From: Candidatus Woesearchaeota archaeon | GTDB lineage: Archaea; Nanobdellota; Nanobdellia; Pacearchaeales; GW2011-AR1 | DNA length: 36,907 nt | Assembly: GCA_964357655.1 (NCBI GenBank) | Contig: CAYHMF010000001.1 | Span: 1-36,907 of the forward strand | Direction: 5' to 3' | Shown here: piece after piece, positions 26,510-34,475 of the stretch | How positions within the stretch are numbered: the first letter of the stretch is position 1 | Layout: every line of letters begins with the position of its first letter | Notes under the pieces: generated by a model | Told to the model about the DNA's origin: nothing | Databases searched by the model: none | What the model saw: only the letters and a program-made list of their open reading frames with translations | Program-made: the position numbers and the translations under genes

Positions 26510-26582
26510 CGCCCCGTCCGAGATTCGAACTCGGGTTACATCCTTGAAAGGGATGAGTCCTTGGCCTCTAGACTAACGGGGC
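26510..26582 (-). tRNA. tRNA-Glu (anticodon TTC)
   Basis: Manual cloverleaf: GCCCCGT/ACGGGGC acceptor, GTCT/GGAC D-stem, CATCC-CTTTCAA-GGATG anticodon arm, CCGAG-TTCGAAT-CTCGG T-arm. No encoded CCA. Confidence 0.9.
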
Positions 26583-26630
26583 ATGAAAATAAATGATTAA
26601 ATTAGTTTTTAAAGCTTTCAGAATTCCTAT

Positions 26631-26957
26631 CTATTTCTCAGATTCCTTTATTAATTGCACACCTGTAACAATTCCCCATATCCAAGAAGACACAGGCCCG
26701 AATATTAGAATCGGAACACCTATTAATAATCCAATAATACTCACGATGCCTATTATAAATAAAATACCAGTAAATAATCCCCCAATTAAAAGAACCAGTT
26801 GCCATATCCCTTCTTTCGTCTTGCCACCAATTAAACTTCCCAATCCAGGGAGTATTAGTATGTTAAGAGAAGTTTGAATAATTCCTATCTCTTGCTTTTT
26901 TGAAGGAATTATTCCTTTTTCTTGCTTTTTTGAAGGAATTTTCAAAATGCTCTTCAT
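26631..26957 (-). CDS. small integral membrane protein whose 5' part is R1-derived; probably the downstream part of a frameshifted longer ORF
   Basis: 108 aa with two or three hydrophobic segments ('GIWQLVLLIGGLFTGILFIIGIVSIIGLLIGVPILIFGPV'). The N-terminal 'ILKIPSKKQE.GI' unit is duplicated. Confidence 0.6.
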   Translation of the reverse strand: MKSILKIPSKKQEKGIIPSKKQEIGIIQTSLNILILPGLGSLIGGKTKEGIWQLVLLIGGLFTGILFIIGIVSIIGLLIGVPILIFGPVSSWIWGIVTGVQLIKESEK

Positions 26958-26994
26958 GAGAATTTTGCGATTTTTGAATTTTGCAAAGTTCTCT
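26868..26994 (-). repeat. R1 copy C, with an internal 30-nt duplication and a 1-nt shorter A-run
   Basis: Aligns to copies A and B across agagaactttgcaaaattcaaa...caaacttct. Confidence 0.85.
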
Positions 26995-27139
26995 TAAGTA
27001 ATAAACAAGCTATTGCAAGAGACTCGCTTATTTTTCTTTTTTTAGCCATGTTTATACCAGGTATATTTGATTTATAAATTTATTTGAATTTGAAAGTGTT
27101 AAGCTATCGTGATTAACCCCCAATTTAAAATCCTATTTT

Positions 27140-27206
27140 GCTACTCACATTCGTTCGCAGATTTAACTTAAAATTAATAATTCACGACGAGCAAATGCGA
27201 GGAGTG
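27140..27206 (+). repeat. R2 copy: intergenic repeat, candidate small RNA
   Basis: Matches the reverse complement of 8372-8438. It also shares an exact 23-mer (27171-27193) with 2131-2153. Confidence 0.8.
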
Positions 27207-27261
27207 TGAATTTTATTTAAAGAATCCCCCTTTAAGTTCACAATATTTTGTTCAAATCAAA

Positions 27262-27388
27262 TGAGCCTGCACAGATTTGAACTGTGGACCCCCGCCTCTC
27301 TTAGATTCCCTATAATCTTAGAGATATAATTCTAACGAATTATTTTCATATAAGAGCGGTGCTCTAAACCAGGCTGAGCTACAGGCTC
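27262..27388 (-). tRNA. intron-containing tRNA, anticodon TAT (tRNA-Ile UAU)
   Basis: Manual fold: GAGCCTG/CAGGCTC acceptor, GCTC/GAGC D-stem, CCGCT/GGCGG anticodon stem, CACAG-TTCAAAT-CTGTG T-arm. A 51-nt intron sits at the canonical 37/38 position with a bulge-helix-bulge motif. Confidence 0.8.
27298..27348 (-). other. tRNA intron (51 nt, canonical position 37/38)
   Basis: A 4-bp central helix, C32-U33-U34-A35 paired with intron UAAG, is flanked by two 3-nt bulges that carry the two splice sites. Confidence 0.7.
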
Positions 27389-27448
27389 ATGTAAACTTGT
27401 TGATTCCTCGATTTTTAAAGTTTTGTTAAATATCTCATCACGCGAAAG

Positions 27449-27456
27449 TTTAAAAA
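27449..27456 (+). promoter_or_regulatory. TATA-like box (tttaaaaa) preceded by cgaaag
   Basis: 22 nt upstream of the ATG at 27478. Confidence 0.45.
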
Positions 27457-27477
27457 TTATGAATCCTTGCAAACTCT

Positions 27478-30400
27478 ATGAAAAGAGGATTCGAAAAATT
27501 AGTTTTAATTGTTGGTTTTTTAATGTTATTCTTGATATTTCTTTTAAATAGTAATATAAAAGGTACAATTAATTCTTTTGTCATTGAAGAATCTAAAAAT
27601 GATATAAGTTTTATGAATTCTTGTTTTAATGATTCAAATAAAGAAAATTGTTCGAAGGCAGATTTTGATAAGAATAAGATAATCAACGAAATGGATTTTA
27701 ACTTTTTTCTAAATCTTTGTTCTGTTTATGATTTAAATAATGATAGTTGGGTTACTAGAGACCTTGGAGAGGATTCAGACTTTGAATTTTTTAGGGCATG
27801 TTTTTTAAGTGATACTGAAAATTGCACTGGAGCTGATTTTGATAAAGATGGGTATATAGGGATATTTGATTTTGAGTTATTCTCTAAAGATTTTGCAACC
27901 TGCGACTTAAACTGGGACGGAATTGTAGATTTGACTCTTAATTCAAAGGATAAAGCCATTTGTCCTATGGAACTTTTTCAGTCAGGTGGCTGCGCACAAA
28001 ACATCTCTTCATCTGTTGCAACAACAAAAAAATTATTTAATTCTGAAGAAGTAATAAATCTTGAAAAAGAACGTTCAAAAATAATTAGTTATGACGAATG
28101 GCTCCCTGGTGGAAGTTTAACCTTAAAACTTTTAAATAAGGAAACAAAAGTTGAATCAGTTGTATATACTGACAGTGTCTCGTTTCCCGGAAATGGAATA
28201 ATTGAATTAACAGAAATTTGGAACCCCCTATTTGTGAAGACACATTCTTCTGGAAATTATTCTGTTATTTCATTTCTTGATTTTGGAATAAATGAATATA
28301 CTGCAAGTTGGGATTTTGAGGTATTAGATTGTTTAGACAATGAAATTTATTCTAGTGTTTATGGAAAATGTATTGAACCTTGCACAATAGATTCTCATTC
28401 TGAATTTTGTTTAAACTCTTATGGGGGAAGTGCAGAAAATGCTTTGTTAATAATTGATCCGACGATTCCAGAATCACTTTATATCGGCAATTACTATAAA
28501 AATGCCAGGAATATTCCTGATAAAAATGTTTTGTATATGGATCCTTCGGCGACTAATTTTACTTCATTCATTAATATAAATTTGAATGCTTTATCTGGAG
28601 AATTGGAAAACAAAAAAATAAATGACCACATAGATTATATTATAATTGCGTCATTGGCTCCAACAAGCAAAGCTTATGGGATTGAGGGGGCTAGTGATGT
28701 AAATGAAGTATTTGAAAATATTGGGCCTTTGCCAGTAACCACTGCATATAGTTATGCTTTTGTATGGAATGAATCAGATTATTTTATTAATCAATATGGG
28801 TATTCTTATAAAATTGATTCTACTCCTTTTACGCGTTGGGAGTATCATCAATACCCAGATCCTTTAAGAGCAATAGCTTTTGATAATTCGTTTTATTGGA
28901 CCGGTACAAAACCTTCTAAGATTAAACCTGATGGGGGGAAAGATGGTCGTTACTATATAAGTTCTTTATTGAGTTACACTGGGATTAGGGGGAATACTTT
29001 AAATGAAATTATTAATATGATTGATAGGTCTGTTGAGGTAGATGGCACGCGACCAAATGGAACATTTTATTTTTTAGGAAATGGAGATGTAAGAACTATC
29101 TGTCGTTTTGGGTATAATTATAGTGTTGGATTTGAAAAAGCAGTTTCTTCAATTACTGATTTGGGAGGGAATGCTGAATTTTCTGAATGCTGTGCACTGG
29201 TTCCTTCTGATAAACATGATATTCTTGGAGTTATGACAGGGCACTGGCTCCCTGGAATATTAACTGCTAACATGACTATTCAACCCGGGGCATTTGCTGA
29301 TCACTTGACCAGTTATGCAGGAATTCTTGGCGATATTACATATGCTTACACTCAAGAACCCATGACTAATTGGATAGCAAGAGGAGCAAGTGGAACTGCT
29401 GGAGCTGTTACTGAGCCGGGATGCAGTTCTGTCAAGTTTCCAAATATTTTTATTCATGCAAGTTATTACGAGGGTTTATCTTTGGGTGAGGCTTTTTTCA
29501 GGAGCGTGACATCACTTCGTCACACTATGTTTTTTGGGGATCCTTTAACAAGACCTTTTGGATATTTGCCAGTTGTTAGTTTGAATTTGCCTAATAATAC
29601 TTTATCAGGAATAGTGAATCTTGTTCCATCAGCAACTACAGATAATCCTAATGCATTAATATCTCATCATAACATCTATGTCGATGGCATCTCAAAAGGA
29701 ATAGTTTTTGACGGAAATTCTTTTGACTTGGACACAACTCTTTTGTCTGACGGATTTCATGATATTAGAGTAGTTAGTTATGATAATTCAAATATTTCAA
29801 CTCCTGGAAGATGGATAGGACAATTCAAGTCCAATAATTATAATAAAGAAGTTAATTTAACAGTTAGCCCAATTGAAGGAGATCTTTCCACTATATTTAA
29901 TGTAGTCGTAGATGGGGGGAAAGATGTTTCTGAAATTAGAATTCTTCAGAATAATGTGGTTATTGCCTCGACTTCTGATGATAGTGCAAGTTTTGAAATC
30001 CCGGGATTTGTTTTGGGAGGAGCTAATGTAAAAATTATTGCAGAAGCTGAATTTAAAGATTCAATTCGTGCTTTGAGTGAACCAAAAATAATTAATATTT
30101 CTTATAGGAATAAACCAACTGCAGATGCTGAAACGTCTCCAAAAGCATTTAGTTATACCAAAGATGTACTATCTAATAAATTTGTTTTAGTGGAATTACC
30201 GGCTATTGATTTGGATGAACAACTAACTTACACTATTTTAAAAAGTCCAACTCAATCGAAGATAATTTTTGCTAATAATAGCATGCCAAATATATTAATA
30301 CAAACTTTTGAAGATGCTTCGGGGATTGATACTATGAAATTTAGAGTAGATGGTTTAAAAAAATCTTCGGAGGGAATAGTGAGGATTAGATACAAAACAA

Positions 30401-31731
30401 ATTTTTCTGACAATGATAATGACGGAGTTTCCGATGAGATTGACTGTAATGATTATAACGGCAAAATTGGGAATTGCGTGGGTTGTGCTACTTGTTCTAT
30501 TAATGCTATTGGATTAGGAAATGGAAAATGTATAGCAAATTCAGATAATTGTGAGTCAATTAAATGTCCTGCGTTACCCAAATGTGGAATTGCTGGGTGT
30601 CTTGAAAGTCAAATAGCAGTTTTTAATAAATATGCTAATGGAAAATGTGATTTAAATGGGGATGTTGGAAAATGTTCTGTGCATATGTGTAAACCAATTT
30701 CTTGTGAGAATAGTTTACGTTGTTCAGATAAAACAGATAAAGATAATGATGGCGTTCCAGACGCATTCGATAAATGCAATAATTCCTTAGATAAAAATGT
30801 AAATGAATATGGATTTCCTCGTCCTAAGATGAGCAAGTTTGAGAATGATTTAACAACCAATGTTAGCTATGAAGATTTTGGGAATATTTCTAATTTTAAC
30901 ATAGGAAAACTTAATACTGGAAAAATTAAATTTAAAGAAGAAATAAAATTGTTTAGGGAAATATCTGGAGATTGTGAATCATTAGATTTTGATAGTTATA
31001 TAACTATAACTGAAAATAAAGTAAAAATTGCTTCCGAAAATTTAGAGGAATTAAATAAGTCGGCAGAAATAACAATTTATAATGTAATTTTTAATAGCCC
31101 ATATATTGAAAGAGATGGAGTGAGATGTGATGAATGTAAAATTATAAGTTATATTAACAATACTTTAATTTTTAGTGTAGAGCATTTTACAGAGTATGAG
31201 GTGAAAGAAGACTCTTCTCAAATTCCTCTAAGTTCTGGAGGAGGAAGTTCCGGCAATAAAAATAATGCAGAAAATTATAATATTAAATATGAAGAATTTA
31301 AAAAAGGATATACAAATGAATTTAGCAAAGGGGGGAAAATTTCTTTTGAGTTTGGGAAGGAGAACCATTTATTAGAAGTTATGGATTTAACAAAATCTAC
31401 AATTAAAATAAAAATTTTAAGTGAGCCTCAGGAAGCAATATTTCTTGTAGGGAATATTAGAAAATTTGATTTAAATAATGATGCTTTTTATGATTTAAAT
31501 GTTAGGTTAAACTCTATTTATGGTAATAAGGCTAATTTAACAATACAAACAGTTAATGAAGATATGACTACGAAAATTTTTGCCGAAGAAAAAAAGAAAG
31601 AAGAGACTGCGCAAAAATTTTTCGAAGAGGAGAAAAAAAATAATCGGGTTTTTATTTGGAGTTTAATTATAATTCTTATTATTTTTATTGTTATCTATTT
31701 AATAAAAAATGGTGAAGATCATATTAGATAA
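27478..31731 (+). CDS. giant secreted/C-terminally anchored surface protein with Ca-binding dockerin/EF-hand-like and thrombospondin-type-3-like repeats
   Basis: 1417 aa. N-terminal TM/signal 'LVLIVGFLMLFLIFLL'. DxDxDG-type loops ('ADFDKDGYIGIFDFELF', 'CDLNWDGIVDL'). 'DNDNDGVSDEIDCND' and 'DKDNDGVPDAFDKCNN' flank a Cys-rich stretch. C-terminal TM 'VFIWSLIIILIIFIVIYLI'. Confidence 0.8.
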   Translation: MKRGFEKLVLIVGFLMLFLIFLLNSNIKGTINSFVIEESKNDISFMNSCFNDSNKENCSKADFDKNKIINEMDFNFFLNLCSVYDLNNDSWVTRDLGEDSDFEFFRACFLSDTENCTGADFDKDGYIGIFDFELFSKDFATCDLNWDGIVDLTLNSKDKAICPMELFQSGGCAQNISSSVATTKKLFNSEEVINLEKERSKIISYDEWLPGGSLTLKLLNKETKVESVVYTDSVSFPGNGIIELTEIWNPLFVKTHSSGNYSVISFLDFGINEYTASWDFEVLDCLDNEIYSSVYGKCIEPCTIDSHSEFCLNSYGGSAENALLIIDPTIPESLYIGNYYKNARNIPDKNVLYMDPSATNFTSFININLNALSGELENKKINDHIDYIIIASLAPTSKAYGIEGASDVNEVFENIGPLPVTTAYSYAFVWNESDYFINQYGYSYKIDSTPFTRWEYHQYPDPLRAIAFDNSFYWTGTKPSKIKPDGGKDGRYYISSLLSYTGIRGNTLNEIINMIDRSVEVDGTRPNGTFYFLGNGDVRTICRFGYNYSVGFEKAVSSITDLGGNAEFSECCALVPSDKHDILGVMTGHWLPGILTANMTIQPGAFADHLTSYAGILGDITYAYTQEPMTNWIARGASGTAGAVTEPGCSSVKFPNIFIHASYYEGLSLGEAFFRSVTSLRHTMFFGDPLTRPFGYLPVVSLNLPNNTLSGIVNLVPSATTDNPNALISHHNIYVDGISKGIVFDGNSFDLDTTLLSDGFHDIRVVSYDNSNISTPGRWIGQFKSNNYNKEVNLTVSPIEGDLSTIFNVVVDGGKDVSEIRILQNNVVIASTSDDSASFEIPGFVLGGANVKIIAEAEFKDSIRALSEPKIINISYRNKPTADAETSPKAFSYTKDVLSNKFVLVELPAIDLDEQLTYTILKSPTQSKIIFANNSMPNILIQTFEDASGIDTMKFRVDGLKKSSEGIVRIRYKTNFSDNDNDGVSDEIDCNDYNGKIGNCVGCATCSINAIGLGNGKCIANSDNCESIKCPALPKCGIAGCLESQIAVFNKYANGKCDLNGDVGKCSVHMCKPISCENSLRCSDKTDKDNDGVPDAFDKCNNSLDKNVNEYGFPRPKMSKFENDLTTNVSYEDFGNISNFNIGKLNTGKIKFKEEIKLFREISGDCESLDFDSYITITENKVKIASENLEELNKSAEITIYNVIFNSPYIERDGVRCDECKIISYINNTLIFSVEHFTEYEVKEDSSQIPLSSGGGSSGNKNNAENYNIKYEEFKKGYTNEFSKGGKISFEFGKENHLLEVMDLTKSTIKIKILSEPQEAIFLVGNIRKFDLNNDAFYDLNVRLNSIYGNKANLTIQTVNEDMTTKIFAEEKKKEETAQKFFEEEKKNNRVFIWSLIIILIIFIVIYLIKNGEDHIR

Positions 31732-31754
31732 CAAATTTCATACGTTTAATAACA

Positions 31755-31762
31755 TATTTAAA
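31755..31762 (+). promoter_or_regulatory. TATA-like box (tatttaaa)
   Basis: 22 nt upstream of the ATG at 31784. Confidence 0.45.
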
Positions 31763-31783
31763 GGTTTTTCTCTGTGAAGATTT

Positions 31784-32965
31784 ATGTTAATTGGATTGGT
31801 AGGAAAACCTTCGTGTGGAAAGTCAACTTTTTTCAAAGCATCGACGCTGGCAGAGGTAGAAATAGCTTCGTATCCATTTACAACAATTAAACCAAATCAC
31901 GGAGTTGGATATGTCAAAGTCGAATGCATTGACAAGGAATTTAACACTCAGTGTCATCCGAATCACGGATTTTGTATAAATCATCACAGGTTTGTTCCGG
32001 TTGATATGATGGATGTTGCGGGATTAGTTCCAGGAGCGAGCGAGGGAAAGGGTTTGGGAAATCAGTTTCTTGATGATTTGAGAAAGGCAAATGTTTTTAT
32101 TCATATTGTAGATGCTTCTGGAACAACTGGCATCGACGGAAAACCCACTGAAAATCACGACCCTTGTGAAGACGTGAAATTTTTGGAAGAGGAGTTGAAT
32201 AAATGGTATTGCAATATTCTTATAAAGGTTTGGAAAACTTTTGCCCGAAAAGCAGAAATGGAAAAAACTAAATTTTCCGAGGCAGTTGCGAAGCAATTTT
32301 CTGGATTGGGAGTTGTTGAAGGGAATGTTAAAGATGTTATTCGCAAGTTGAATTTACCTGAAAAACCAACTCAATGGAAAGAGGAACAGGTTATGAAATT
32401 TGCTGGAGCACTAAGAGAAATTAGCAAGCCAATGATTATTGCGGCGAATAAATGTGACCATGCCAACGCCCAAAAAAATATTGAGAAGATGCAAAAGAAT
32501 TTTCCAGAGTTGATGATTTATCCATGTTCTGCAGATTCAGAGCTGGCTTTAAGAGAAGCAACCAAGGCAAGATTGATTGATTATATTCCTGGCGACGACA
32601 AATTCGTAATTAAGGGAAAAATTTCCGAGAGGCAGAAAGATGCATTGGAAAAAATTAAGAAAAATGTTTTGGAAGTTTATGGCGGGACTGGAGTTCAAGA
32701 AGTTTTGAATTTGGCTGTTTTCGATTTGTTGAAATACCTTGCTATTTTTCCTGCAGGTGCAAATAAATTAGGAGACAGCAAAGGGCATATTCTACCAGAT
32801 TGTTTCTTGTTACCTCAAGGCTCAACAGCATTGGATTTCGCATTTTTCTTGCACACTGATTTCGGAAATAATTTTATTAAAGCAATTGACGCCAGAACAA
32901 AAAGAGCCCTTGGGAAATCTTACGAATTAAAGCATAGGGACGCTTTAGAAATTGTAACACGTTAA
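31784..32965 (+). CDS. ychF: YchF/OLA1-related Obg-family GTPase with a C-terminal TGS-like domain
   Basis: G1 'GKPSCGKST', 'YPFTTIKPN', G3 'DVAGLVPGA', G4 'NKCD', and C-terminal 'GSTALDFAFFLHTDFGNNFIKAIDA'. Confidence 0.8.
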   Translation: MLIGLVGKPSCGKSTFFKASTLAEVEIASYPFTTIKPNHGVGYVKVECIDKEFNTQCHPNHGFCINHHRFVPVDMMDVAGLVPGASEGKGLGNQFLDDLRKANVFIHIVDASGTTGIDGKPTENHDPCEDVKFLEEELNKWYCNILIKVWKTFARKAEMEKTKFSEAVAKQFSGLGVVEGNVKDVIRKLNLPEKPTQWKEEQVMKFAGALREISKPMIIAANKCDHANAQKNIEKMQKNFPELMIYPCSADSELALREATKARLIDYIPGDDKFVIKGKISERQKDALEKIKKNVLEVYGGTGVQEVLNLAVFDLLKYLAIFPAGANKLGDSKGHILPDCFLLPQGSTALDFAFFLHTDFGNNFIKAIDARTKRALGKSYELKHRDALEIVTR

Positions 32966-33110
32966 ACTTTGTAAACAAAATTTTAGAACGCATTGGAAAC
33001 AATTAAACGTTAAACTTTGTAAACAAAATTTTAGAACGCATTGGAAACAATTAAACGTTAAACTTTGTAAACAAAATTTTAAAGACGCTCTTGAGATTGT
33101 AACTAGATAA
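32936..33110 (+). repeat. tandem array: four ~29-30-nt copies of the ychF-like gene's terminal codons alternating with three identical 19-nt spacers (actttgtaaacaaaatttt)
   Basis: Terminal-codon modules at 32936-32965, 32985-33013, 33033-33061 and 33081-33110. Spacers at 32966-32984, 33014-33032 and 33062-33080. The two central 48-nt units are identical. Confidence 0.9.
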
Positions 33111-33151
33111 GTATAAAAATTGAAATTGTTTAATAAAGAAAAAGAGCTAAG

Positions 33152-33976
33152 ATGACAAAAGTTAAAATTGCAGTTGTTCAGTTTAAGTTAGAATCAACGA
33201 CGGAAAAAAATTTTAAAAAAGCAGAAAAATTTATTCAAAAAGCTTCCTTGAAAAAAGCGAATATAATTATCTTTCCTGAAAATTTTATTTCAACTTCTGG
33301 AAAAAAGAAAGAAATATTCATAGATTCAGATAAAAAATTTCTAAAATTCTTCCAAGGAATGGCAAAGAAATACAAAATAGATGTTGTTCCTGGCTCGGTT
33401 ATTGAAAGAAATTGGTTCGGAAAAAAATATAATGTTTCATATTATATTGATAGCTACGGAAAAGTATTATGTCGGCATAAGAAAGTTCATTTATGGCTTT
33501 CTGAAAAATCTCTCTTAAAACCTGGAAAAGAAACAAAAGTTTTTGACACAAAATATGGAAAAGTGGGGTTGATAATTTGCTGGGATTTAATGTTTTCAGA
33601 AGTTTTTAAAAAAATAATGAAAGAAAATGCGAGCATTATTTTTTGCCCGAGCAATTGGTCGTACCAAGACGCAGGCAAAGGATTAAAGTATGATAAAAAT
33701 TCCGAAATTAAGTTAGTTGATTCGTTATGTGTTGAGAGAGCATTTGGAAATGAGGTTATATTAGTTTTTTGCAATACTGCCGGGGGGTCTTATGATAAAT
33801 CTAAAAAAGTTTATTCTATGGGGCATTCTCAAGTCACTGAACCTTTTAAGGGAGTAGTTAAAAAATTAGATTCTTCCAAGGAGCAAATGTTTATTGTGAA
33901 TGTGAATACCAAAATTCTCGACGATGCTGAGAAATCTTATGAACTCAAAAAGGACTTGAAGATAAAAAAGAAATAA
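33152..33976 (+). CDS. carbon-nitrogen hydrolase (nitrilase superfamily)
   Basis: Catalytic E-K-C context: 'IIIFPE', 'HKKVHLW', 'GLIICWDLMF'. Confidence 0.8.
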   Translation: MTKVKIAVVQFKLESTTEKNFKKAEKFIQKASLKKANIIIFPENFISTSGKKKEIFIDSDKKFLKFFQGMAKKYKIDVVPGSVIERNWFGKKYNVSYYIDSYGKVLCRHKKVHLWLSEKSLLKPGKETKVFDTKYGKVGLIICWDLMFSEVFKKIMKENASIIFCPSNWSYQDAGKGLKYDKNSEIKLVDSLCVERAFGNEVILVFCNTAGGSYDKSKKVYSMGHSQVTEPFKGVVKKLDSSKEQMFIVNVNTKILDDAEKSYELKKDLKIKKK

Positions 33977-33983
33977 AAATTGT

Positions 33984-34475
33984 TCAAACCAAATGCCCAG
34001 GACAAAGAATTTTATAATTAATTTTTTTTAGTTTTTCTAAAGATTTTTGCATTTCTTTTTGATTGCTTTCTGGAAAGTCTGTTCTTCCGATGCATCCATT
34101 ATGAAAAATCACATCCCCTGAAAATAAAACGTCATCATATAGAATGCAAATATCTTTTTGTGTATGCCCTGGAGCTTTTATTATTTTGAATTCTTTTATT
34201 CCTAATTCATTTATGTTAGAATTGTTGTATGTTTTTGCATCCGCGAAAAGTTCGATATTTCCGACGTGGTCCCAATGTTCATGAGTCAGAATAAGAATAT
34301 TAATTTGTTCTGGAGTGAGATGTAATTTTTTCAAATCATTAATTAATTCTTCTTTATTACTTTTTGAACCTGTGTCGATTAAAATATTTTTGTTATTGAT
34401 TTTTATCAAATAAACACAAGAGCCGAATTCTTGGAAATCGAATTGCCAAATGTTCGGGGTTAATTTGGATATCAT
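33984..34475 (-). CDS. MBL-fold metallo-hydrolase
   Basis: 'LTHEHWDHVGN' (HxHxDH) and a later 'APGHT'. Confidence 0.8.
   Translation of the reverse strand: MISKLTPNIWQFDFQEFGSCVYLIKINNKNILIDTGSKSNKEELINDLKKLHLTPEQINILILTHEHWDHVGNIELFADAKTYNNSNINELGIKEFKIIKAPGHTQKDICILYDDVLFSGDVIFHNGCIGRTDFPESNQKEMQKSLEKLKKINYKILCPGHLV

Noticed and set aside
32936-33110. Possible CRISPR array, because of regularly spaced repeats.
   Set aside because: The intervening units are themselves identical or near-identical, so there are no unique spacers. Unit sizes of 19 and 29-30 nt do not fit a repeat/spacer architecture. There are no cas genes in the window.
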